Below, piece after piece: positions 29,178 through 37,898 of a stretch of DNA of 64,000 bases. The DNA is taken from the IMG/VR virus record IMGVR_UViG_3300032294_002926; one strand, written 5' to 3'. The notes under the pieces are model-generated. The model had not been told where the DNA came from and searched no databases. It saw only the letters and a program-made list of their open reading frames with translations. Within the stretch, counting starts at the first letter, position 1; each line of letters opens with the position of its first letter. This stretch comes from a virus (taxonomy: Duplodnaviria; Heunggongvirae; Uroviricota; Caudoviricetes). Both the position numbers and the translations under genes were made by a program.

Positions 29178-30014
29178 GTGTCCTCTTTTGAGTCTGCTGG
29201 TATCGGTGGTCTCGCACACCTTGTAAACTTCAAGGGAACGGATACAGTCACCGCTCTTCTTTACGGTAAAGAATACTACGACATTTATATGGCAGGATTC
29301 TCTATTCCCGCCAGTGAACATAGTACCTGCACCTCTTGGGGTAGGGAAGGTGAAGAAGATTCTTACCGTAATATGGTAAAACTCTACGGCAAACCTGGTT
29401 CTCTATTTGCTTGCGTAAGTGATAGTTATAACATTTACGATGCTTGTCATATGTGGGGCACTGTGTTAAAGGATGATATAATCAACTCTGGTGCAACTCT
29501 TGTAGTTCGCCCAGATAGTGGACATCCACCAGAAGTGGTAATAAATTGCCTTCAACTTTTAGACAAATATTTTGGACACACGATCAATGAGAAAGGATTC
29601 AAAGTTCTTAATTATGTTCGTGTAATTCAGGGTGATGGTATTACTCAAGATACGATTGACCGTATTCTTTATAGAGCAATGACTGCTGGTTATTCTTCAG
29701 ACAACATTGCTTTCGGTCAAGGTGGTAAACTGCTTCAGAGTATTGACCGAGACACTCAAAAGTTTGCTATGAAGTGTTCTTCTATTGAAGTTAACGGAGA
29801 GCAACGCGATGTCTATAAGAGTCCGATTACCGATATGGGTAAAGAATCCAAGAAAGGTCGTGTAACTCTCTATCGTAATGATGAAGGTTACTTCACCGAC
29901 TTGGAAGGTAGGACTGATGCGGTAGAAGTTCTTGAAACTGTATTTGAGAAAGGTGAACTGGTCAAAGAATATACCTTTGATGAGGTTCGTAAAAATGCTT
30001 CGGTGATTATCTAA
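29178..30014 (+). CDS. nadV: Nicotinamide phosphoribosyltransferase (NadV), exon 2 (true exon start ~29172 at Arg-Gly-Val; the tracked ORF starts at an internal GTG)
   Basis: [25 protein letters not shown]... matches the NAMPT C-terminal half through to the end. Confidence 0.8.
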   Translation: [278 protein letters not shown]

Positions 30015-30095
30015 AGACACTTGAGCAACTGGCATAAGGGCACTTTGCGGGTGCCCTTTTTTAATGTATAATGATTTCATATACACAGACACTTT
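30015..30095 (+). repeat. Duplicated intergenic element (copy 1; copy 2 at ~30468-30550): ...aagacacttga(g/a)(c/g)aact...tataatga(t/c)tt(c/t)atacacag..
   Basis: ~70% identical 80-nt blocks following two consecutive genes, each holding a hairpin/terminator and a TATAAT-like box. Confidence 0.45.
30038..30062 (+). terminator. Rho-independent terminator after nadV
   Basis: gggcac-loop-gtgccc followed by T6. Confidence 0.55.
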
Positions 30096-30467
30096 ATGTT
30101 TTTTGCAATCAAACTGAAAGATTTTGATGTATGGTTGGGTAAAAAAAATCTTTCTTATTTTATAACAGACGATGCTCGTTTCACACTTGAACCAGAAAAA
30201 GAAACTATGGAATGTGTATTAAGGTTTGGAGTTTCTGAAAAACGACGAAGAGTATTTTCATCCACTGATGAAATTCGTCGTTCTCTTAGATGTTGTAATA
30301 AAGAAACCGTTGTTAAACCTATTGTTTTGCCACCGAATAGTATTATGCTTAACCGCCAGGTTTTAATCCAAGGAAATTCTTTTGGTAAATTTAGTAAATT
30401 CGTTGTTGTTGAATTGACTAATGATAAAACATATCCACTTGATGATGTGATAAGTGGTCTTGTTTAA
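30096..30467 (+). CDS. Hypothetical protein
   Basis: ORF flanked by duplicated intergenic elements. Confidence 0.4.
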   Translation: MFFAIKLKDFDVWLGKKNLSYFITDDARFTLEPEKETMECVLRFGVSEKRRRVFSSTDEIRRSLRCCNKETVVKPIVLPPNSIMLNRQVLIQGNSFGKFSKFVVVELTNDKTYPLDDVISGLV

Positions 30468-30617
30468 AGACACTTGAAGAACTAACCTAGGATCACCCCA
30501 TAGGTATTCTTTTTGGTTTATAATGACTTTATACACACAGAAACCTATCGACATCTTCATAATTCTTTCACTAAATAAAAAAATATTTGGGCACTCTAAA
30601 GTGTCCATTATTTTTCT

Positions 30618-30690
30618 GCTCGATGACTCAGCTAGTGAAGAGATCTGCCTTACAAGCAGACATTGACAGGGGCAGTACCTGTATCGAGCA
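30618..30690 (+). ncRNA. tRNA-like cloverleaf (anticodon loop cuUACaa, Val-like) with a non-canonical T-loop GGCAGTA; possible degenerate tRNA or tRNA-like regulatory RNA
   Basis: 7-bp acceptor gctcgat/atcgagc; D-arm ctc-agctagtgaa-gag; anticodon arm tctgc/gcaga; T-stem acagg/cctgt; discriminator A. Confidence 0.35.
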
Positions 30691-30785
30691 TTATGATTTA
30701 CTGTGACAGTTGAAGATCTGGTACTTCTGATAAAAAAATGACACCATATCAATTAAAATTGAAAGAGTAAAGGAGAAAAAGTCTC

Positions 30786-31334
30786 ATGATTAAACCTAAA
30801 ATTTTTCTAACGTCGGATACTCATTTTGGACATCATGGCGTTTGTCAATTTCTGAAGAGTGACGGAACAAAACTTCGTCCATGGACTGATATTAAAGACA
30901 TGGACGAGGCATTGATTGATTTTTGGAATGAAACAGTATCTCCAAATGATAAAGTTTATCATCTAGGTGATTTTGTAATCAATCGAAGATCCCTAAACAT
31001 TGCTTCTAAACTAAATGGTAAAAAATGTTTGATAAAAGGAAATCATGATATTTTTAGACTCAATGAATATGCTGAGCATTTTTATGATATTCGTTCATAT
31101 CACATGATGAATATTGATGTACATGATAAAAAAACAAATATCATCATGAGTCATATTCCAATTCATGAACAAGAACTTAAAAGATTTGGCATTAATGTTC
31201 ATGGACATCTTCATGCAAATAGAGTTTTAAACTCTTCAAATGAGATCGATGAAAGATATCAATGTGTTTGTGTTGAACAAACTAACTTTAGACCGATTTC
31301 TTTAGAAGAAGTCATTTCAAAAATTAAAATTTGA
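30786..31334 (+). CDS. Calcineurin-like metallophosphoesterase
   Basis: LTSDTHFGHHG, LGDFV, GNHD, GHLH. Confidence 0.6.
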   Translation: MIKPKIFLTSDTHFGHHGVCQFLKSDGTKLRPWTDIKDMDEALIDFWNETVSPNDKVYHLGDFVINRRSLNIASKLNGKKCLIKGNHDIFRLNEYAEHFYDIRSYHMMNIDVHDKKTNIIMSHIPIHEQELKRFGINVHGHLHANRVLNSSNEIDERYQCVCVEQTNFRPISLEEVISKIKI

Positions 31335-31343
31335 TAATTATTC

Positions 31344-31823
31344 ATGGAATTCGTCGAACCTCATTCTACTATATTAGTTTTAAATAGTTCATATGAACCA
31401 TTGAATTTTGTAAGTTGGAAAAGAGCAATTGTTTTACTTCTTAAAGAAAAAGCAAAATTGATTTCAAAAAGAACAATTCGTTTGATAAATTTTGTAAAAA
31501 TTCCATCTAAGAACTATAGAAATTATTTTCCAACAAAATCTCTAATTCATAAAAGAGATGATTTTCAGTGCCAATATTGCGGTGCTTATAGAAATCTTAC
31601 AATTGATCATGTAATACCCAAATCTAAGGGGGGTGGAGATACTTGGGATAATCTTGTTTGTTGTTGTTATCGTTGTAATATAAAAAAGGGTGATCTTTTA
31701 TTACATGAAACTGATATGATTCTTCATACCAGACCTTATTCACCTCTAAATCCCCTTCATTTGAAAATGGAAAGAAGTATGGTATCTGAATGGAAAGATT
31801 ATCTAATAGCATCAAAAACTTAA
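31344..31823 (+). CDS. HNH endonuclease (McrA/HNH_5-like)
   Basis: CQYCGAYRNLTIDHVIPKSKGGGDTWDNLVCCCYRCNIKKGD. Confidence 0.7.
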   Translation: MEFVEPHSTILVLNSSYEPLNFVSWKRAIVLLLKEKAKLISKRTIRLINFVKIPSKNYRNYFPTKSLIHKRDDFQCQYCGAYRNLTIDHVIPKSKGGGDTWDNLVCCCYRCNIKKGDLLLHETDMILHTRPYSPLNPLHLKMERSMVSEWKDYLIASKT

Positions 31824-32058
31824 TAGAAATTTCATTTTTCATGTGTGCACTTTTAAAACTGTCACACTGTTTTGATTAAACTTAAAATATGGTATATAAT
31901 ACCTAAGCACTATAAGATGAATCTTTGACTTTATCTGATGTGTAACTACCGAATTTTATTTCAATAATTTCTAAAAGTTTATTGAAATAAATATCATGAA
32001 GTAATAATGTCTAATACATAATTACTTCCCTTATACTATCGTTTAGTAAAAAATCTTT

Positions 32059-33561
32059 ATGAAACTTAATTCATTAATTCTTGCATCTGCTGTTCTTGGT
32101 TCAATTTTCCCAGTTTCTTCTAATGCATCTGAATTAAAAATTTCGGAAGTGTCTCAATACTCTTCTGATCAAGTAACAAGCATCTCTCAATTTAGTGATG
32201 TAAAACCAACGGATTGGTCGTATCAAGCACTGAGTAATCTTATTGAAAGGTATGGTTGCGTTGCAGGTTATCCGAATGGAACCTATGCTGGAAGTCAATC
32301 CATGACTCGCTATGAAGCAGCTGCTCTCTTGAATTCTTGCTTGGATAGAGTAACTGAAGTGACTGATGAACTTAAGAGACTTCTCACCGAATTTTCGAAA
32401 GAACTTTCTGTAATTCGAGGTCGAGTTGATGTTGCTGAAGCGAAAATTGGAGTACTTGAATCAAATCAATTTTCTACGACTACCAAACTTCGTGGAGAAT
32501 CTAGTTTTGTTCTTGGTGGTGTTCCAGGTGCTCGTCTCAATCCAACATCTCTTTATCAAAATGGTCAAAATGTAGGAAATACTGCATTTAATTATGATCT
32601 TCGTCTGAATTTTGATACATCGTTTAATGGTGAAGACTTGCTTCGTACTCGTATCCGATCGGGTAATTTTTCTTCTCAACCATTTGGTTCAAGTTCTTCT
32701 ATTCTGAAATTGGATAAAGCAGAAACCACGACTTCCAATTCAGCGATTATTGATCGCCTTTATTATAGTTTTCCCGCTCTTACTAAAGGTTTGACTCTTA
32801 CTGCTGGTCCACTGGTTCGTAATACTGAAATGGCATGGGTGCCTACTGCATATCGTTCGGAAATCTTGGATTTCTTTACTACTGCAGGTGTTCCAGGTGT
32901 TTATAATAAAGCAACTGGTTCTGGATTCGGCGCACAATGGGTTCAACCTGGAAAAAGAGGTTTTGTTGCGGGAGTGAACTATGTTGCTCAGAACGGTTCA
33001 GATTCATCCAAAGGTGTATTTGATGAAACTGGTGGGTTGAATGCAATGGTTCAACTTGGTTATCGTGCTCCTAACTATGGTATTGCATTCGGTTACCGTT
33101 ACGGTACTGAAGGGACAAGAGTTCGTACTTATAATGGTCCTTTGGGTGCAAGTGGTGTTCTTACTCCAGAGCAAACTTCGAACGGATATGGAGTGAATGC
33201 ATACTGGCAACCTTCTCAGGGTGGTACTCTTATGCCATCAATTAGTGCAGGATATGGATGGAATACTGTGAGTGATTCGACTTCGATTTCTAACAGTGCC
33301 ACGAATACATCTACGTGGTTTGCCGGACTCCAATGGAGTGACGTGTTTGTGAGTGGAAATTCTGCTGGCGTTGCATATGGTCAACCCGGAAATTATTCTG
33401 GTTTGAGTGATAAAGCATCTCTTCTTGAAATTTTCTATAAATTTAGAGTTGGGGACAATGTGAGTATCACTCCTGCAATCATCTATGTTCAAAATAATCA
33501 AGCATTTAAAGATGTAGAATCTAGATGGGGTGGGATCGTTCAGACGAAATTTACTTTCTAA
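32059..33561 (+). CDS. Cyanobacterial-type outer-membrane porin: signal peptide + SLH domain + OprB-like beta-barrel
   Basis: Signal peptide MKLNSLILASAVLGSIFPVSSNA; SLH motif FSDVKPTDWSYQALSNLIERYGCVAGYPNGTYAGSQSMTRYEAAALL; C-terminal Gly/aromatic-rich alternating beta-strands ending in a terminal Phe (QTKFTF). Confidence 0.6.
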   Translation: MKLNSLILASAVLGSIFPVSSNASELKISEVSQYSSDQVTSISQFSDVKPTDWSYQALSNLIERYGCVAGYPNGTYAGSQSMTRYEAAALLNSCLDRVTEVTDELKRLLTEFSKELSVIRGRVDVAEAKIGVLESNQFSTTTKLRGESSFVLGGVPGARLNPTSLYQNGQNVGNTAFNYDLRLNFDTSFNGEDLLRTRIRSGNFSSQPFGSSSSILKLDKAETTTSNSAIIDRLYYSFPALTKGLTLTAGPLVRNTEMAWVPTAYRSEILDFFTTAGVPGVYNKATGSGFGAQWVQPGKRGFVAGVNYVAQNGSDSSKGVFDETGGLNAMVQLGYRAPNYGIAFGYRYGTEGTRVRTYNGPLGASGVLTPEQTSNGYGVNAYWQPSQGGTLMPSISAGYGWNTVSDSTSISNSATNTSTWFAGLQWSDVFVSGNSAGVAYGQPGNYSGLSDKASLLEIFYKFRVGDNVSITPAIIYVQNNQAFKDVESRWGGIVQTKFTF

Positions 33562-33581
33562 AGAAAATTTTGTCTTCTTAA

Positions 33582-33610
33582 ACACCCTCTGAATCTGGGG
33601 GGTGTTTTTT
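33582..33610 (+). terminator. Rho-independent terminator after the porin gene
   Basis: acaccc-loop-gggtgt followed by T7. Confidence 0.5.
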
Positions 33611-33618
33611 TATAAATA
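33611..33618 (+). promoter_or_regulatory. T4-type late promoter box TATAAATA upstream of dps
   Basis: Exact match ~15 nt upstream of the ATG at 33634. Confidence 0.4.
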
Positions 33619-33633
33619 CATAAAAAAGGTGAA

Positions 33634-34077
33634 ATGGAAAAACTTTTTAAACTTTTGAGTGATTCTCAATCCACGCTTTTTGTACTTTTTCAAAAAACTT
33701 GGATGTATCATTGGAATGTAGTTGGTTCGGATTTTCAACAATTACATACTCTTTTTGGGGACCAATACGAAAAAATGTTTGAAGAGATTGATTCACTCAC
33801 TGAACATATGAGATACTTGGGTATTAAACCTGTAAGTACTCTTTCTAGAATTGTAGAAGTATCTCATATTGAGCAGGCTTCAAATAGTTCTCAGGAAATT
33901 GATTCCAGAGAAATGGTTAGACAATTAAGAGATGATAATAAAAAAATCATTGATTTATTTTCTAGTGTTTCTGAAGAAGCAGATAAGCAAAAACAATTTG
34001 CAACTTCAAATCTTGTTCAGAGTTTAATGGAAACTCATGGAAAATTTCTGTGGATGTTAAGATCAGTATTAGAGTAA
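33634..34077 (+). CDS. dps: Dps-family ferritin-like protein (DNA protection during starvation)
   Basis: LFVLFQKTWMYHWNVVGSDFQQLHTLFGDQYEKMFEEIDSLTEHMRYLG matches the Dps ferroxidase-site helices. Confidence 0.75.
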   Translation: MEKLFKLLSDSQSTLFVLFQKTWMYHWNVVGSDFQQLHTLFGDQYEKMFEEIDSLTEHMRYLGIKPVSTLSRIVEVSHIEQASNSSQEIDSREMVRQLRDDNKKIIDLFSSVSEEADKQKQFATSNLVQSLMETHGKFLWMLRSVLE

Positions 34078-34086
34078 AAGTGTAAA

Positions 34087-34350
34087 ATGGAAAATTTAAA
34101 AGTTCAGTGTCGTTCTTGTGGCAAAGAAATTCAGGCATATTCAAATAAAACCGTAACTTGCGGATGTTCGAATATGACCACTATTTGTGGTGAGAAAATT
34201 TCCGCGATTGATTTGGCGAATGTTATTATGGTGACAGATCCCAAAAGTTTATTTTCATCGAAAACTAATGTTCTTTCAAATGAAGATATTCAATGGCAAG
34301 AAGAAAGAAAGAAAAGAAAAATTCGTAAAATAGATTTTGAAGAGAGATGA
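34087..34350 (+). CDS. Hypothetical small protein with a CxxC...C zinc-ribbon-like N-terminus
   Basis: CRSCGK...CGCSN..CGE. Confidence 0.35.
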   Translation: MENLKVQCRSCGKEIQAYSNKTVTCGCSNMTTICGEKISAIDLANVIMVTDPKSLFSSKTNVLSNEDIQWQEERKKRKIRKIDFEER

Positions 34351-34577
34351 TTTAAAATGTTTTTGTATCAACATAAACACTAGAAATCAAAATATATTCT
34401 AATATAAATTATTAGTGTATAGATACAAAAACATGGACGATAGAAGTCTCAAAAATTGGATCAAGATCAAAGAAACCTTTGAACAATCCGGTAATACTGA
34501 TAATATGTTTTATAAAAGAGCATGTCAGATAGTTAAAACTGGAAAAGATCCATATGCAAAATTTTTAGGCGAAATTC

Positions 34578-34778
34578 ATGAATGATGATAATGATTTTGT
34601 AACTAGAGACGAAGTTCAGGAGATGATTGATTCTGCAATAAGAATACATAATAGAAATGCCTCAATTATTTCAATGTGTGTTGGTTGGGTAGTTCTTGGA
34701 TTATTCGCTGAAGGTCTTCTTAGATTAATAGGCGTCATTCCTCCTTTATTTCCATGGCTCAAAATTACTCTTCAATAA
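34578..34778 (+). CDS. Hypothetical small membrane protein
   Basis: C-terminal transmembrane helix. Confidence 0.3.
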   Translation: MNDDNDFVTRDEVQEMIDSAIRIHNRNASIISMCVGWVVLGLFAEGLLRLIGVIPPLFPWLKITLQ

Positions 34779-35044
34779 TTTTTTTAATACCATGGTTTGT
34801 TTTTGCATTAATTGCGATTTCAATGTTCATACAAGGTTGGATGATAATGAACTCTAAATATGGATATTCTAAATATCCAAAAATTAAACATCCAGAAATG
34901 AAAAATTATAAAATAGGAGAAGGATTACTGGTGATCAAATTTACAGAAGAAGATTTAAATGAATTACAGGAAAGAATTATAAAATTAAAAATGGATGAAT
35001 TGTTCGAAGAACCTTCGAGTTACGAAGATGAAGACGAAGAATAA
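34754..35044 (+). CDS. Hypothetical small membrane protein with an acidic tail
   Basis: N-terminal transmembrane helix, C-terminal EDEDEE. Confidence 0.35.
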   Translation: MAQNYSSIIFLIPWFVFALIAISMFIQGWMIMNSKYGYSKYPKIKHPEMKNYKIGEGLLVIKFTEEDLNELQERIIKLKMDELFEEPSSYEDEDEE

Positions 35045-35328
35045 TAACGAGTTAATCGCTTCTACAGTTATACTTTTTTTCATATTTGTTCTATTAATTT
35101 ATATTTCACTTAATTTTGGATATGCACGATAAAATATTTCATATTGTAGAAATTCTAGCTAAAAGTCCCGTATGGTTGGGATTATGTGGAATGGGATTAA
35201 TAGTAGTTCCAATTATAGGAATTGCTAGAATTCACAAAAAATGAATCTGACTGTGCCAATTTTTAAATTGGAAGACTTGACAGATTTTCTCAGACGTTCT
35301 ACAATTACTTCGTAAACAAAGCACGACT

Positions 35329-35547
35329 ATGACTCTGACTCAAAAATTCAAGAAAGATGTACGCACTCTTCGTGGTGCTGTAGATGGCGAATTTTATCTT
35401 GATGTGAAGAATCCAAAACTTTATAGAAAACTTCTTCAATACTATAACAAAAAAGGAGTTATATTTTCTGATGATCCTCTTGATAACTATGAAATCGTCA
35501 TGGATCAAATTGACTCTGACCTTCAATCTATTGAAGTTGTGCAATGA
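35329..35547 (+). CDS. Hypothetical small protein
   Basis: ORF; ATGA-type overlap with the next ORF. Confidence 0.3.
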   Translation: MTLTQKFKKDVRTLRGAVDGEFYLDVKNPKLYRKLLQYYNKKGVIFSDDPLDNYEIVMDQIDSDLQSIEVVQ

Positions 35548-35807
35548 AACTAATTCAAAAACCAATTGTTTTAATGGAGAAATTCCCCTACCGATATGTC
35601 GAGGTGGGGGTTCTTGAAATTAATGGTATGCCTGATTATCGAATTCAAAAAATGGATTCCTATACAGGACGATACAAAGACATGTATCTTTTGGATAACA
35701 AAGATCAACTGATTACTGCAATGGATAACTTTTCTTATACCTGTTGGTTGGACCCTGATGGAGTTGCTTGTTATGCTAAGAAAGATGAGGATGATGATGG
35801 CACCTAA
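35544..35807 (+). CDS. Hypothetical small protein
   Basis: ORF. Confidence 0.35.
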   Translation: MKLIQKPIVLMEKFPYRYVEVGVLEINGMPDYRIQKMDSYTGRYKDMYLLDNKDQLITAMDNFSYTCWLDPDGVACYAKKDEDDDGT

Positions 35808-35895
35808 ATAATAATTGATGAATTTATAAAACATAAAAGTTTTATAGATAAATCAATTTTCTAAAAATACAAAAAGTCTTTAAAAGTATTGTTTA

Positions 35896-36141
35896 GTGTT
35901 AAAGCATCTCCTTATAAAAAATACAGATTTATTAAGATACATTGGAAATATTTTTCTTTTATCTGGATATTTCATCCTTTTATGGGGGGATCCCAAAATC
36001 GGATTAATTGCAAAATGTATTGGTAACGCTTGTGTCATACCTTTTGCAATCAAGTATAAATTTTGGGACATTCTTGTTATTTGTGGATTTTATGCCGCAA
36101 TTGAGATTCCGAAACTCATTCAATTAACTTTTCCTAGTTAG
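35896..36141 (+). CDS. Hypothetical small membrane protein
   Basis: Two predicted transmembrane helices. Confidence 0.3.
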   Translation: MLKHLLIKNTDLLRYIGNIFLLSGYFILLWGDPKIGLIAKCIGNACVIPFAIKYKFWDILVICGFYAAIEIPKLIQLTFPS

Positions 36142-36276
36142 TATAAACTAGGTGGTGGAGTCAATGACCCGTTTTGATCCTTTGGCAAGGATCTTTAAAT
36201 ATGTTAAATTGTTTTTAATAATTGAAATTAAATAATGTCTAGAAAATCGGATTCAATAATAATACAGGAGTTGTAA

Positions 36277-37059
36277 GTGATTGGATTTAATTATCTCGGT
36301 CAACATGGTAGATTGGCTAATCAAATGTTTCAATATGCAGCATTGAGGGGGATTGCGGATTATAAAAATTATGAGTTTTGTATTCCACAAACTAATTATA
36401 ATGATAAGTGGAAGGATAATAAGCTTTTTGAAATCTTTGAATTAAAAAATCTTGAGAATATTTGTTATTTACCTGGACAATTTTATCAAGAAAGACAGTA
36501 CCATTATGATGAAGAATATGTTCAAAATTGCCCTGATAATGTAAATTTGCATGGATATTTTCAGACTGAAAAATATTTCAAGCATATCGAGGATAGCATA
36601 AGAGAAGATTTTACTTTTAAGGAATATATACTAGAACCTTGCACTAAAAATTTTAATTTTGATGAAATTATTGCTTTACATGTAAGAAGAACTGATTATG
36701 TCTATAATTCAATAAATCATCCTCTATGTGATATAAATTATTATGATATGGCATTAAAACATTTTGACGATACTATTCCTGTAATGATTTTTTCTGATGA
36801 TATTGAATGGTGTAATATGCAAAATATATTTAAGTCAGATAGATTTTTGGTATCAGAATCATATAATACATATATTGATTTGTGTTTAATGAGTATGTGT
36901 CATTATCATATTATTGCTAATAGTTCTTTTAGTTGGTGGGGTGCATGGTTAGCTAAATCTAAAAAAGTAATAGCTCCCCAAAAATGGTATGGAACTACTG
37001 GCGATACTTCTAAAAATAAAACTCACGATCTTTATTTAAATGAGTGGATTGTTATATGA
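36277..37059 (+). CDS. Glycosyltransferase family 11 (alpha-1,2-fucosyltransferase-like)
   Basis: N-terminal GRLANQMFQYAALRGIA is the GT11 signature (GRLGNQMFQYA). Confidence 0.6.
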   Translation: MIGFNYLGQHGRLANQMFQYAALRGIADYKNYEFCIPQTNYNDKWKDNKLFEIFELKNLENICYLPGQFYQERQYHYDEEYVQNCPDNVNLHGYFQTEKYFKHIEDSIREDFTFKEYILEPCTKNFNFDEIIALHVRRTDYVYNSINHPLCDINYYDMALKHFDDTIPVMIFSDDIEWCNMQNIFKSDRFLVSESYNTYIDLCLMSMCHYHIIANSSFSWWGAWLAKSKKVIAPQKWYGTTGDTSKNKTHDLYLNEWIVI

Positions 37060-37895
37060 GTAATAAAATTGATTTGTCGAAATTAACTTTTTTAATTCCC
37101 ATCAGAATTGATTCTGACGATAGAATTAGAAATATAATTACTGTTCTTTGTTATCTTTTAAAAAATTTTAATACCAATATAATTTTAAAAGAAGTTGATA
37201 ATGAAAAATATTTTCAGAGTTATGCTCTACCTCAGATTAAAGAATTTGTAGAAGATGATATTAATCAATTAGATTATATTTTTGAGAAATCAAATGATCC
37301 TGTTTTTTATAGAATGCAAATCATAAATGAAATGTTGGAACGATCGAAAACTGAAGTTATTGTTAATTATGATTGTGATGTTCTACTAAAACCGGATACT
37401 TATATAAAGTGCTATAATCTAATTATAGATAAAACTTACGATGTAATATATCCTTATGGATTTGGTTATTATCAAAAACAAATTTATGCTAATGATGAAC
37501 TCGTAAGTGAATTTTTAAATAATAATTTTAATTTTTCAATTTTAGAACAACAACAAAATACTGAAATCTCTCAGTATGGACATGTCCAATTTTTTAATAG
37601 AAGAGTTTATATTGAAGGTGGGATGGAAAATGAAAATTTTCGAGGATCTTCACCGGAAGATAAAGAAAGATTTTTTAGATTTAATAAATTAGGATACAAT
37701 GTTGGTAGAATAGATGATCATGTTTATCATTTGGAACATAGTAGAGGCGATAATTCTTGGCCAGTTTCATATCAAAAGAATCCATATATGAAAGAAAATC
37801 TTGAATTGTGGGACTTTTTACAGAGATTGGATAAAAAACAACTTATTAATTACTATACTAGTCAAAAATATTTGAGAAAATATTCTGAGGAATAA
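37044..37895 (+). CDS. Putative glycosyltransferase (family not assigned)
   Basis: Lies within the glycosylation cluster; LTFLIPIRIDSDDR resembles a GT-A N-terminal beta-strand/DxD region. Confidence 0.35.
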   Translation: MDCYMSNKIDLSKLTFLIPIRIDSDDRIRNIITVLCYLLKNFNTNIILKEVDNEKYFQSYALPQIKEFVEDDINQLDYIFEKSNDPVFYRMQIINEMLERSKTEVIVNYDCDVLLKPDTYIKCYNLIIDKTYDVIYPYGFGYYQKQIYANDELVSEFLNNNFNFSILEQQQNTEISQYGHVQFFNRRVYIEGGMENENFRGSSPEDKERFFRFNKLGYNVGRIDDHVYHLEHSRGDNSWPVSYQKNPYMKENLELWDFLQRLDKKQLINYYTSQKYLRKYSEE

Positions 37896-37898
37896 TTT

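Noticed and set aside
28249-30014. Possibility that nadV is a genuinely fractured (two-polypeptide) gene like gp41 rather than intron-split
   Set aside because: There is no intein signature at the break. A ~270-nt structured non-coding leader precedes the HNH ORF. The boundaries obey group I rules (U at 5', G at 3') and rejoin the reading frame exactly at conserved residues. The intron model is therefore favoured, though it remains unproven without RNA data.
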